A stretch of 33,164 nt of DNA, taken from positions 1 through 33,164 of the forward strand of contig NKIB01000388.1 of assembly GCA_002256025.1 (NCBI GenBank), in the 5' to 3' direction. The notes under the pieces are model-generated. The model was given only the letters and a program-made list of their open reading frames with translations, ran no database searches and was not told the origin of the DNA. Below, piece after piece: positions 23,328-33,164 of the stretch. The first letter of the stretch is position 1, and every line of letters begins with the position of its first letter. The DNA comes from Asterionella formosa. Its lineage: Eukaryota. Made by a program: the position numbers and the translations under genes.

Positions 23328-23934
23328 GAGCATCTCCATCGCATTGACCAAATACCAAGCCAATTGCAGTTGGGAGTCATAACATGTCATGATGTGTTGT
23401 GTTGGTCGAAAAAATAAAAATATTTTAGCAATCGCATCAACCAAGACCAAATATGCTTTGGTCTTGTTTGAGGATGACCCCCTTATCAACCAAATATCAG
23501 GTATTTGGTCAATTAGAAACCAACCAGACCCAAGGCAACTTTCTCTGTTCAAAGTATGGATTCGCCTCAACCGAGCAAATCTTCAAGAATCTTTTCGAAT
23601 AAGGAGCGACACATCCAGAAGTGCATCCTGAAATGTGCAGGAGAGTAGATTGGATTCTCACCGAAATAGTTGTCCTTCAACAGCTTATTGTACTCTGTGC
23701 AAAAGCGATTCACATTACTAGCCTTGCCAACCTTGGAACCTCCTCCCCTATTTTGTATTTTCTTTGCATCATTCCCACTTCTTTGTTGACAATGCATCTT
23801 GCGGAAATGGTAGACGAGGCAAGATCATCATCGTCTCAGATGAGTCACTATCATTGCTCATTGTTTCATTTTGTGTTTATATAGCTATGTAGTATGTACC
23901 ACTATATCAATTGGTCCATGCTGTGGAGATGCTC
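23328..23934 (-). mobile_element. Non-autonomous, internally deleted PIF/Harbinger element (607 bp)
   Basis: 24-bp TIRs GAGCATCTCCATCGCATTGACCAA and (revcomp) GAGCATCTCCACAGCATGGACCAA, 3 mismatches. TTA on both sides (23325-23327, 23935-23937). Minus-strand peptide GGSKVGKASNVNR...LLKDNYFGENPIYSPAHFRMHFWMCRSLFEKI matches the Harbinger transposase N-terminus (DYF...P.Y....FRRRFRM.R.LF..I). Confidence 0.9.
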
Positions 23935-24256
23935 TTATGTAACACTCTTATACATCACTACACCATCAAGTGATGTATTGACTGTTAGCATGGAACAATG
24001 GGTGTACATTATAATAGTACGGACTCCAGAGTAAAAATATTTGTGTACGTCTGCATTTGTACCGTACCATTATGCCAAAGATACGTACAAGTATTGTAAA
24101 AATATCATTGTTCCCTCCCGTCGTTGCTTCGTTGTTGGATCATGGTGCACAGCAGGTGATCGTGTATGACATGTTGGGAAGGCGAACTAGTATACTGGTA
24201 GATACCACCAATTCCAATTATATTCTTATTCCGGTACTTATAGCCAGTGGCGCAAC

Positions 24257-25141
24257 ATGATTAATCCTCCATCAACTTCACCACATCCAATAGATGTGCA
24301 CTTTGAATTTCTCTCGATTGGAATCCTGAAGGAATCCCGTCACGTTGTCCTTGTGGCGCTCAATCGCCCTCACAAGCGTAATGCGATCAATACTAAAATG
24401 TGGAAGGAGATCGGCGAAGCCTTCTCGACACTCGGTACCATCGGTGATGGCTGTCGGTGTATCTTGGTAATGGGAATCGGGTTCGGATTTTCAGCCGGTA
24501 TCGACATTGTTGATACACGCTTCTTTCAAAACGACGATGCTGACGATACTGCAAGACAAGGAATCGCACTTCGACCTCAAATTTCGGAAATGCAGCGATG
24601 CTTTACGGCGATCGAAAATTGTCCGGTACCAGTTGTAGCAGCTATACACGGTCCATGTATTGGAGCAGGAATTGATTTAGCGTGTTGCGTGGATGTGAGG
24701 CTTTGTTCGCCATCAACCATTTTTTCTATTCGAGAAGTCCAATTGGGATTGGCCGCTGATGTTGGTACACTTCAACGCTTGCCCAAGATAATTGGGCACG
24801 GATCTCGCATTAAAGAGCTTTGCTTGACTGGCAAAGACTTTGATGCTCAAGAAGCTGAACGAATTGGGTTTGTTTCCAGGGTTGCGAGGAATGAAGATGA
24901 TCTCATCCAGGATGCAACTGCAATATGCAAACAAATTGCATTTCATAGTCCAGTTGCAGTAGTGGGAACCAAGTTGTCACTCAATTATTCTCGAGACCAT
25001 TCAGTTCAGGAGGGCCTGGATCACATTGCATCCCACAATGCCATGGCCATTTTGACGGACGATATCGCAGCGTCTTTCAGTAATGCATTAGAAGGTGAGC
25101 AACCTTCCTTCCGTGATCTTCCCAAACATTCTTGTTTATGA
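24257..25141 (+). CDS. ECH1: Delta(3,5)-delta(2,4)-dienoyl-CoA isomerase (crotonase family), probably peroxisomal
   Basis: Crotonase motifs LNRPHKRNAI, FSAGID, PVPVVAAIHGPCIGAGIDL. The ECH1/DCI1 signature FSIREVQLGLAADVGTLQRLPKIIG and KLSLNYSRDHSVQEGL are present. C-terminal SCL. Confidence 0.92.
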   Translation: MINPPSTSPHPIDVHFEFLSIGILKESRHVVLVALNRPHKRNAINTKMWKEIGEAFSTLGTIGDGCRCILVMGIGFGFSAGIDIVDTRFFQNDDADDTARQGIALRPQISEMQRCFTAIENCPVPVVAAIHGPCIGAGIDLACCVDVRLCSPSTIFSIREVQLGLAADVGTLQRLPKIIGHGSRIKELCLTGKDFDAQEAERIGFVSRVARNEDDLIQDATAICKQIAFHSPVAVVGTKLSLNYSRDHSVQEGLDHIASHNAMAILTDDIAASFSNALEGEQPSFRDLPKHSCL

Positions 25142-25610
25142 GAGTGCCACCAAGACTGTGAATGATAGCCTGGTGGCAGATGCATGATTATAGATGTAAT
25201 ACCCAGCTTCCTATTTAAGGCAAGAGGTAATGCATCAAATCAAGAGACAACAAAAGCAGGTTGTGGTAGGCACTCCCTCGTCTAAGCAAATTGAAATAGC
25301 AATGTAGACTAAAATAACCATGAATGGATATTTAATTAAACAATAAAATACTACATTATCATTCAAGGTTGTAAAGTCTAGACTATTAGAAGTAGTAGGG
25401 TAATACTGGTAGTCAACAAGCATTGGGATCGTGATGATTTGGGGAGTACCTGGAAGGGCGGTACGTGAAAATGACAAGCAGGGAGTAGAGTAAAAAGTGA
25501 AAAAGAAAATGGGTCAGCGGAAAAATCGTGGGAAAACTTGTCAATGCATATTCATAAACAATTGTCAACTCACACTTTTTTGTCGTTGCAACAAAATTTC
25601 AAAAATTTTC

Positions 25611-25700
25611 AGATCAAGCCTGGAGGAGCAGAAACCGATGCTTGAATGGATTAAGAGATCAAGCCTGGAGGAGCAGAAACCGATGCCTGAATGGATTAAG
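25611..25700. repeat. 45-bp tandem duplication
   Basis: AGATCAAGCCTGGAGGAGCAGAAACCGATGC(T/C)TGAATGGATTAAG occurs twice with one mismatch. Confidence 0.95.
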
Positions 25701-26399
25701 AGGCAATGCTGGTTTCTGAATTGATTTGGACTTGTGTTTGCGGAGGTGTTGGAGGAGCAACAGCTTGATAGCGGAGGTTTCTTGGTGCTGGCGGTGCAGA
25801 ATTCTGGCAGTATCCGGCAGGAAGAGGAGCAGGATGCATCGAAAATTTACTGGCTGATGTGGATGTTTGTGAATTGGAAAATTGAGGAGGTTAGGTTTGA
25901 GTAGGTTGATAGGGAGCAATGGAGCGATATGTTGTTCGTGCTGGCGAGATACATTGCCCACATTGTTTGCGACCTGGAGACTTTGCAATCTTCGTGCAAG
26001 TTTCGATAAAAGTGGATTGCTAGCATTGGGAAACAGGAAAGAATAATGGTAGTGTGTGTAAATTATACCTCGTAAAACAACAATTAACTGGCAACATATT
26101 TCACCTCATTGGACACGCTGGTTTGACCAGTGGATACTGATTTGTTGCATTGTCAGGAAGTGGAGGAGTAACATGACAATAGCCTTTATCAACGTTCTGA
26201 AGAGGAAGAAATACGTTTCATAATTAGTATACTCGACCATGGCATGAACTCAAATATGACAACAACAATCAACAAGCACATACCTGTCCTCTCTTCCTTG
26301 TTGAATATGAGTCGATGCAGAACACCGGTTCCATCATGTTCCGGCTGCTTTGCGGAATTTGCAAGAGCTCATTGAGATTGGCGACTTTTTGTTTGTCAT

Positions 26400-27056
26400 T
26401 GTAGAAGATTATGCAGAAGTAACAAAAGCAAGCAATTTTGGCGCCACTGTGACGAAGCAAGCACGATGCAACGATATGAATCCCATAAGAAATCGAATTA
26501 TCCAACAGCCAGCCAGATCCATTTGATGAAGAGTCAGTACTTGAGACATCAATGACCAGATTTTGTATACATCGGAGCATGCTGGAAGATAGCAGGGATG
26601 TAAATAGTGGAATTGCCATCGACACATTAAAGAAAACTATCATTTCGTGCCTTCATGTAGCTCCTCCTACTCTCGTCCAATTTCGGCAGTCGATTTTCCT
26701 TAAGTAAATGTCAGAGTCAATTGAGGGGCTATAGATATCAGTAATCAAATTCCCTTAAATGAATGGCAGTCGATTTCGGCAATAAAATCTAGGGGGTATT
26801 GAATATATTGAAGGTAGTTTGGCAGTCGAAAAAGGGAGCATGTGAGATATAGAAAATATGTTTTAGATGATGGGCAATTTCAGGATTGAGTAATCCAAAA
26901 ACTGTACATTTGAAATCTACAAAATATGTTTTATATTATGGGCAATTGGCTAGTACAAATTCAACATACAAACTATCTAAAAAAAGGTTTTCAATGTTAA
27001 CTGAAAGGGCAATGTTATAGCGAAAAGCGCGCCGATAGCTAGTTTGTGAATTGCCT
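26400..27056. repeat. Interspersed repeat, subfamily B, copy 2
   Basis: Colinear with ~4260-4912. Shares the internal ATATGAAATAT...TTTTATATGATGGGCAAT-like repeat and the GATAGCTA...GAATTGCCT motif with subfamily A. Confidence 0.85.
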
Positions 27057-28680
27057 AGGCAATTCCCGCTCCAGCTATCATCTTGCCATTCGGGTACTTC
27101 TAAGTAATTTTTAGGCTCTAAGTAATTTCTTAAGTAATTTTTATTTAAGGGCAATATGGGGCACATTTAGCATGACAACCAGAATATCGGTAATATGCAT
27201 AGAGATGGTACAACAAGCGTAAAACACACTAGAATGATTGCAACAACATGCAACATCAATGAAAATTGAGCATGATGTTTGGAGCAACCAAAGTATGAAA
27301 TGCGATGTAATATAATAAGTAGCATCAAATGAGAAATAGAAAAAATTGTTTTGGGTTAGAAATGAAATAAAAAATAAGAGTTCCAATGGAGACGTATGCA
27401 TTGTGAATCATTGTAGTACTTACACAGGCAACATTGACTTTCCATCGCCATACAATCGAAGACCGAAAGAAGAAGAAAAAAAGCTGAATCCAATGTAGAC
27501 CTGCATCGTTATGTAGCGTAAATGGTCTGGTTGCTGCAACCATGCGCATCGCTTTAGTAGCCTGACACCAGTAGCAGTATTTCCGCCACAGTCATTCCTC
27601 TCCGCCCACCAAACAGGCAACCCTGATCATTCCATTCTGAGCAAGCGTGATCGCCACGCTGCTCCAGCACTATTGACTCTCTCTAGCTGAGTATTCGTCA
27701 TGTAACTTCTGATACGAACTCGCAGTAGAAATGTAGCAAAGCGCGTTAGTACAAGAAAAGCATTGCTTGGCAGCAATATTGACATCGTTGTCAATGACTA
27801 TACAAATCAACAACGGCACAATACCACATCTCAATGAGTAGTCATTGATAAATGCATTGGTTCTCATGTAGATATGTACAATCGAAACAAAACGAGAGTG
27901 TGTAATGACAAACAACGATGGAAGCAATCAAAACAAACCACGGAAGCAATCAAATCGGAAAGTCGATAAATACAATCTACAATCCACATTCAGTATTTCA
28001 CTGTTGTACTCACCGATCCGCTTCAACTAAAATAACAAGCAGCAGACGATGGGATAAAAGAAAGACGAATGTTGCCTATTGCAAGCCCGAATAGAGCAAA
28101 GGCAGGCAAGATAGAGTGAGAACTATATTTGTGAGGACGAAATCGGGCATATGGTACGTAAAATCAATGAATATGTGAAGGATATAATTCAACATTTCAG
28201 GTCTCGTAAAAATAATACCGAGTCTACAGAGATAATATTATAACGTTTTCAAAGTAAGCGTTAAAGCATAGCTTAAACCATGCATGCTTGTTTTTAGTAC
28301 CACGAACGTATGTAGACTAGATGACTGCCGGCCGGTACCGGCAGAATATCCGTTAAGCATCATTACATACATGACCGGAGCAAAAACTTGCCACCAACAT
28401 CAGATGTATTGATATCATCGTGCGTCCGACGAAATATGGACGATGCGACTGCATGAATGCCTCGAGAAGACAAGCAATCCAACAATCAACCGCATCCTTT
28501 AGGCAAAGAATCGCTACTGGCGTCATCGCGGAACTGATTTTGCTTCAAACCGGTCATGATGGACGACGATTGGCATGGTGAAAGGTGAATTGCCGGAGTC
28601 CACTTTTCAGGAGACGAACAAAAACGAGGTGAATTCTAGATATAAATTATTAGAATCTGTATAGTATATAAAATAGTTTC

Positions 28681-29208
28681 CTTAAGTAGACCCCTTGCCG
28701 ATTTCGGCAATCCCAGGGTTGTCTTGCCAAAATGCGAACATATGAAATATTCAAAATATATTTTAATGATGGGCAATATCGGACCTTTGGCAATTTTCGA
28801 GGTGAAGATAGGAAATATAAAAAATATATTTTATATGATGGGCAATAGTAGGCTAAAATTGACATTTATGCTAAATTTGTGGGCAGTAGGTAAGCGAATG
28901 ACGCGACGATAGCTATAGCGGGAATTGCCTCAACAATACCCTTCTCGGCGCCTACTTGGGCGCCACTCGTACGGTCAACCTACTCGCGCCACCCAGCCTC
29001 GAACACATGTATACTCGCAGGCAAGAGACCACCTCGGGCGTGTATTGCCTTCAGTACCGGTAATACCCTACTTGGGAGGAGTGTACCTACTCGTAATCTT
29101 GTGTACTCGGCTTGGGAGGCCCTCGCAGGTTGACCGAACGATTGGCGCCCGAACACAAGAATACTCGCAGGCAGTCTCCACCCTCGTTCGTGTATTACCT
29201 TCAGCACG
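28681..29208. repeat. Interspersed repeat, subfamily A, copy 2, with internal direct and inverted repeats
   Basis: 28681-29053 matches 1321-1688. 29001-29058 is repeated at 29151-29208. There is a 24-bp inverted repeat at 28958-28981 / 29127-29150. Confidence 0.88.
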
Positions 29209-29507
29209 GATGTATGAGTGTGCAAAAATATGCGGTTATTTTTCGAATTCTTACGAAGAAAGGTTTGGAGTAGCTGGTACCTGGTACCAGGTATTCCGGT
29301 ATTCCGGTATTCCGGTTTTTATACTGGAGTACTACCAGGTACCAGGGAACTTTACAAAATGCATGTAATGACAGGAGCACAGAAAAATGCATCGGACAAA
29401 CAGCTTTGATCACAATTTCAAAGTTGCTTGTCAGAAATACCGCATCACGTCATATCATTGATTCTTCGTCAATCCCTGTCGTTTCCTCTGTTTGCTTAAT
29501 TTTTCAT

Positions 29508-30665
29508 ATGTCCAACAACGACGAATTCTGGATCTATCACGAGCGCCAGCAAGCTGCTCTTTGCGGCCAACACGCTTTGAACAATCTAGTTCAAGCGGCA
29601 GTGTTCAATGCCCAAGGCCTTGCCGAGATTGCCATGCAACTGGATCAGATTGAGCTCGATTATATGGCTCAGAATAATGAAGGAGGTGTTAAGTACGTCT
29701 CTACTTGCTTTGGATTTAACCTTTTCTGCTTTTATATGTGCTAACATTCAGGTTCTGACTACTCTCTCGTGATTTTCAGTTCAAAAGACTATTTAATGAG
29801 AGTAAGCGAAGGATCCGGAAACGTCGATCCTTCAGGGAATTTTTCCATTGAAGTCTTACGTTCTGCTTTGTTGACACATTATAACATTTCTCTTCCGAAT
29901 ATACGTCAAGAAAAGGTTATGGATGGCAAGGACGTGACTGAAATTGAAGGTTTCATCTGCAATCGGCAAGCGCATTGGTTTGCTATTCGAAAAATCAATG
30001 GACGATTCTGGAATCTCAATTCGACTTTTGAAAAACCTATCTTGATTTCTCACTTTCGTTTAGCAACAGAGATTCAAGATCTACAAAATAATGGGTATTC
30101 TGTCTTTTGTATTGCGGAGACTTTTCCGGCGGCATGCACGTCTAAATCCGGTCGCTCCCGGGGCCTTCCTCAGTATTGGTGGAAAGAAAGTGATCTTGTT
30201 TCAGGAAAGTCCAATGCTATAACAGAAGCAACTGACACGTGGAACACTGTCGGTTCTGGAGTGAGATTGGACGGGAAAGCTAACCATTCTGATTATGGAG
30301 ACTCGTTAGAGGGATTGACAGACGAAAAAATGATGCAAATGGCATTATATGCAAGTCTGGTACCCAACGCTACTTCCGGACCTCCTAAAACACGTAAAAT
30401 TGAAATCATTCCAGAACCCGCAGCAGATGCAGCTGAAGTTGCTACGATCCAATTCAGAATGCTGGACGGAACTCGTGTTTTGCGAAGATTCCTTAATAGT
30501 GAGTGCGTGGCTGTTCTATATGCTTTTGTAGAAGAAAACAGCACTGGACAAAGATTCGAATTGAGATACAGCTTTCCACCAAAGAATTTGGCAGCCTTCG
30601 TAGACAAAACAATTGGCGAAACCAAGCTGAATGGAGAAAATATTCAAGCTCGCCTTCTTAGTTAA
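29508..30665 (+). CDS. ATXN3: Ataxin-3-like Josephin deubiquitinase with UIM-like motif and C-terminal UBX domain, 356 aa
   Basis: Exons 29508-29692 and 29780-30665; 87-nt intron GTACGT...TTTCAG; in-frame join GV-N-SKD. Josephin motifs IYHERQ..ALCGQHALNNL, SGNVDPSGNFSIEVL, FICNRQAHWFAIRKINGRFWNLNS (catalytic C, H, N present). UBX-like IQFRMLDGTRVLRRF...LYAFV...FELRYSFPPK. Confidence 0.92.
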
Positions 30666-30803
30666 CTCTTGGAAGAGGTAATGGGCGGCAACAAACGTTG
30701 ATTGACAGATAACACTGCTAAAACAAAACGGCTTGCTCATACATGAACTTTATCTATACGCGTGTTTTTCCTCGTTCATGATGTCCACCCAACCCACTCG
30801 TCA

Positions 30804-32629
30804 TTAGTTGTATAGTTTATTGAACTCTTCGAAACCAGGTGGTGGTTGTCCAGTCTCACACCAATGCGTGATAGTGATTTCCTTCGTTGTCATGTTCATT
30901 CCCACAAACCTCATGTACTCCTCCAAAGGACGAGCAGTTCCCATACCATATTGTTCGACAGCTGTCAACAAATTCTTGGGCAGCAGCATATCCTTGGCGG
31001 CTTCAGGATAGCCCAACTGGTACTTGATGCGATTCAAAACCATGGCTTGTAATGGATTGTGTACACCGTTGGTGAAGGCACGATGGACCGATTCCCAGAA
31101 CTTAGGCTTATGCCGCCTTACATAAATGTGACCAACTACAGATTGTCGAGGTGAAAAGATATCATATCCTGCTGTCCAGAGACGAGTGCTCATAATGATC
31201 TCTTCACCCATGAAAATCCAGGGAAGGAAAGGATCAAAGGGAACTTCACGCAAAAAGTCAGAATGCGCCACGAAGTACCCTGCAGCAGTAAAAGGAGCAA
31301 ATCGAGGGTGGTGTACTTGAACGCTATCATACTCGCTGGCACCCTCCAACCGGATAATTTGACTTTCCAGAGTAGATGTAGCAAATGCAGGTCCACAAAG
31401 ACGAGAAGCAGGCTGCATGGCTTGGGCTTCCAGGTCCGCCATTTCGGAAGGAGGATAATGCGATAAGACTGGCTTCTTAGAAGGAGCAAGTTTCAACATT
31501 TCTATAGAGATTGCATCCCAATCTTGTGCGAATGTCATATGAGCATCAGTTTGCATGAACCATTGTTCGCCATACCATATCTTAGAGGCAAAGTATCGAG
31601 CTGCATAAGGACCAAGGGACTCGGGTTCATTGATATCGAGAAGACGAACATGACCCTTTTCACAAAGTTCCTGGCCTTCGGGAAGGCTGCAAAAGGCCTT
31701 GTAGCAATCCTCGTCAGGTTCAACATCCTGAAGATTGAGCGCAAGAGGAAAGTTTGTGAGAAAACATCACGAATCTTGAGTACAACCTGACTGCTCCTGT
31801 AGATCATACCCAAGAAGGGGTAATGGAGTATAGATAGATCGTCATAACATGATACATTTTGTTCATCACGTGTCACACATCAGTTACTTACTTCCATTTT
31901 TCCACCTGCTAATACACCACTTCTGCAGTTCTCGTGGCAATTCTGTTGTACAATCCCAATGTACAGCTTTTCTGGATTCTTAGCCTTGCCAAAGGCACCC
32001 TTGACTGTATTTAAACAATTCTCATCACGGTAGGTAGCCAAGCTTAAAAAGATGGAGCCATCGTCTCGTCGAGGTGGCATACGTTGCAAATACTCTCGGT
32101 CCCATGGATACAAAGTCTTGACAGCCAAATCATGATAGGTTTGCCAAATTCCTTGATAGGTCTCATGCTTGGCCTCTAACAATGTCGCATGTAGAGTTTT
32201 AATCCAATCTTCCAGGTATTTCGTAATCTCTGACAGTTCCATAGGGGGCTTGTCGCTCACCGAGTCTTCGCCCATATTCATCACGGCTTTTTTCGAGCCA
32301 TGCAGCACTTCTTCGACTGTTTCTGAGCCGGCTCTGATCTCCCCCAAACGTTCCCCAACAATCTCATTCTTCTCTCGCAGTTTCAGCAAGCGCATAGGCA
32401 TTCTTTGCGATGTCAAGTCATGAAGCGCTTTCTGTAACTGTTGCCGTTTATGAACAACAGCTGAGCGTAGCGATGGCTTATTTTGGCTTTCATCGATAAT
32501 AGCAGTAGAAATATCGTCAGCGACCGTAGACAAATAGATAATCAGCACGAGAAGCAAAGTCACGATGGCAGCAACTGCAGGGTTTTGAACTCTGGAAGAT
32601 ACAGAGTTAGGGCGGCGAACGATAGTCAT
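30804..32629 (-). CDS. GT60-family (Gnt1/Skp1-Hyp GlcNAc transferase-like) N-acetylglucosaminyltransferase, type II membrane protein, 553 aa
   Basis: Exons 32629-31892 and 31727-30804; 164-nt intron GTAAGT...TTCAG; in-frame join GKME-DVEPDEDC. Motifs SIFLSLATYRDENC, IGIVQQN, GPYAARYFASKIW, QTDAHMTF..DWD, KPVLSHYP, FTAAGYF, EVPFDPFLPWIFMGEEI..S.RLWTAGYDIFSP. N-terminal TM helix. Confidence 0.92.
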
Positions 32630-33164
32630 GATGGTAAGACAAGTGTAAAATTCGTTTTGAGCAATGATCCGTGATGTTTGGACGACGTCCTTTATTATTC
32701 CTTTAGTCTAGTATATATTATTTTGGTGTGAGAATAGTATTATTTTAGCGCATTATACCAGGTAGTCGTGTTATTCCTTCCCACCAAGCTAGGCAATAGG
32801 TAGAGTGCAAGTACCGGTACTGCTATTGCGATCAATTCTTGGTACCGGTAAGCTAAGATATGTGTGGTAGCAGCAAGCTTTGCAGTTGAATGAGGGCTTT
32901 CACAAGTATGGTTTTGCTAAATTATATAATTATTTGTTATTTTCCATTGTCTTTGCAAAAATTCTGGAAGCTGTCAAGCCAAGCCTAGTACTACAACCTC
33001 CTGGCTCCAAAGCGGTAGCCAGTTCAATCAAGAGAGGGCGAATTGGCAACAATGTCCTCATGCTGTGGATGAGTGCAGAATACTCAGCCTCAAGAGTCGA
33101 CTAGGAAATTTCAGTTTGCAGCTGAGATCTCCAGATAAAAGGAAGTTCCCAAGCATGATGATGT

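Noticed and set aside
25497..26050. ORFs around the 45-bp duplication as a gene
   Set aside because: They are short, have no motifs in any frame I read, and are probably a decayed repeat.
24257..32629. Functional gene cluster linking ECH1, ATXN3 and GT60 (or the transporter and GT60)
   Set aside because: The pathways are unrelated and orientations are mixed. The 138-bp convergent gap is ordinary for compact gene islands, and the transporter is ~24 kb from GT60 with unknown substrate.
1..33164. tRNA, rRNA or snoRNA genes
   Set aside because: None were recognised by eye; tRNAscan-SE/Infernal would be needed to exclude them.

Overview
Eukaryotic nuclear DNA, most likely from a diatom or other stramenopile. 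This is inferred from the short GT-AG introns, the gene families and the Copia/Tc1-type remnants. Six protein-coding genes sit as CpG-rich islands in a sea of decayed, CpG-poor transposon DNA: (1) a DMT/EamA-type transporter (-); (2) a 3-exon ~1148-aa protein with NIN-like GAF region, Q-rich linker and seven C-x4-C-x9/10-C-x2-H-GGG zinc-finger repeats (-); (3) a ~286-aa nuclear protein resembling a compact NFRKB (+); (4) a peroxisomal delta3,5-delta2,4-dienoyl-CoA isomerase (+); (5) a 2-exon Josephin/ataxin-3 deubiquitinase with a C-terminal UBX domain (+); (6) a 2-exon membrane-anchored GT60 GlcNAc transferase (-). Mobile DNA includes a Ty1/Copia RT-RNaseH pseudogene with a PPT, a 607-bp internally deleted PIF/Harbinger element with intact TIRs and TTA TSD, an IS630/Tc1/mariner-like transposase pseudogene with CCAATACAAGG subterminal arrays, a 77-bp MITE-like element and an unclassified four-copy repeat family with a head-to-head palindromic junction. 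The most notable observations are the GAF/zinc-finger candidate sensor-regulator, clusters of GGTACC/ACCGGT palindromes upstream of most genes, the Josephin-UBX fusion, the NFRKB-like protein and a CpG-deamination footprint in the TEs. All family assignments come from motif recognition by eye; no searches were run.
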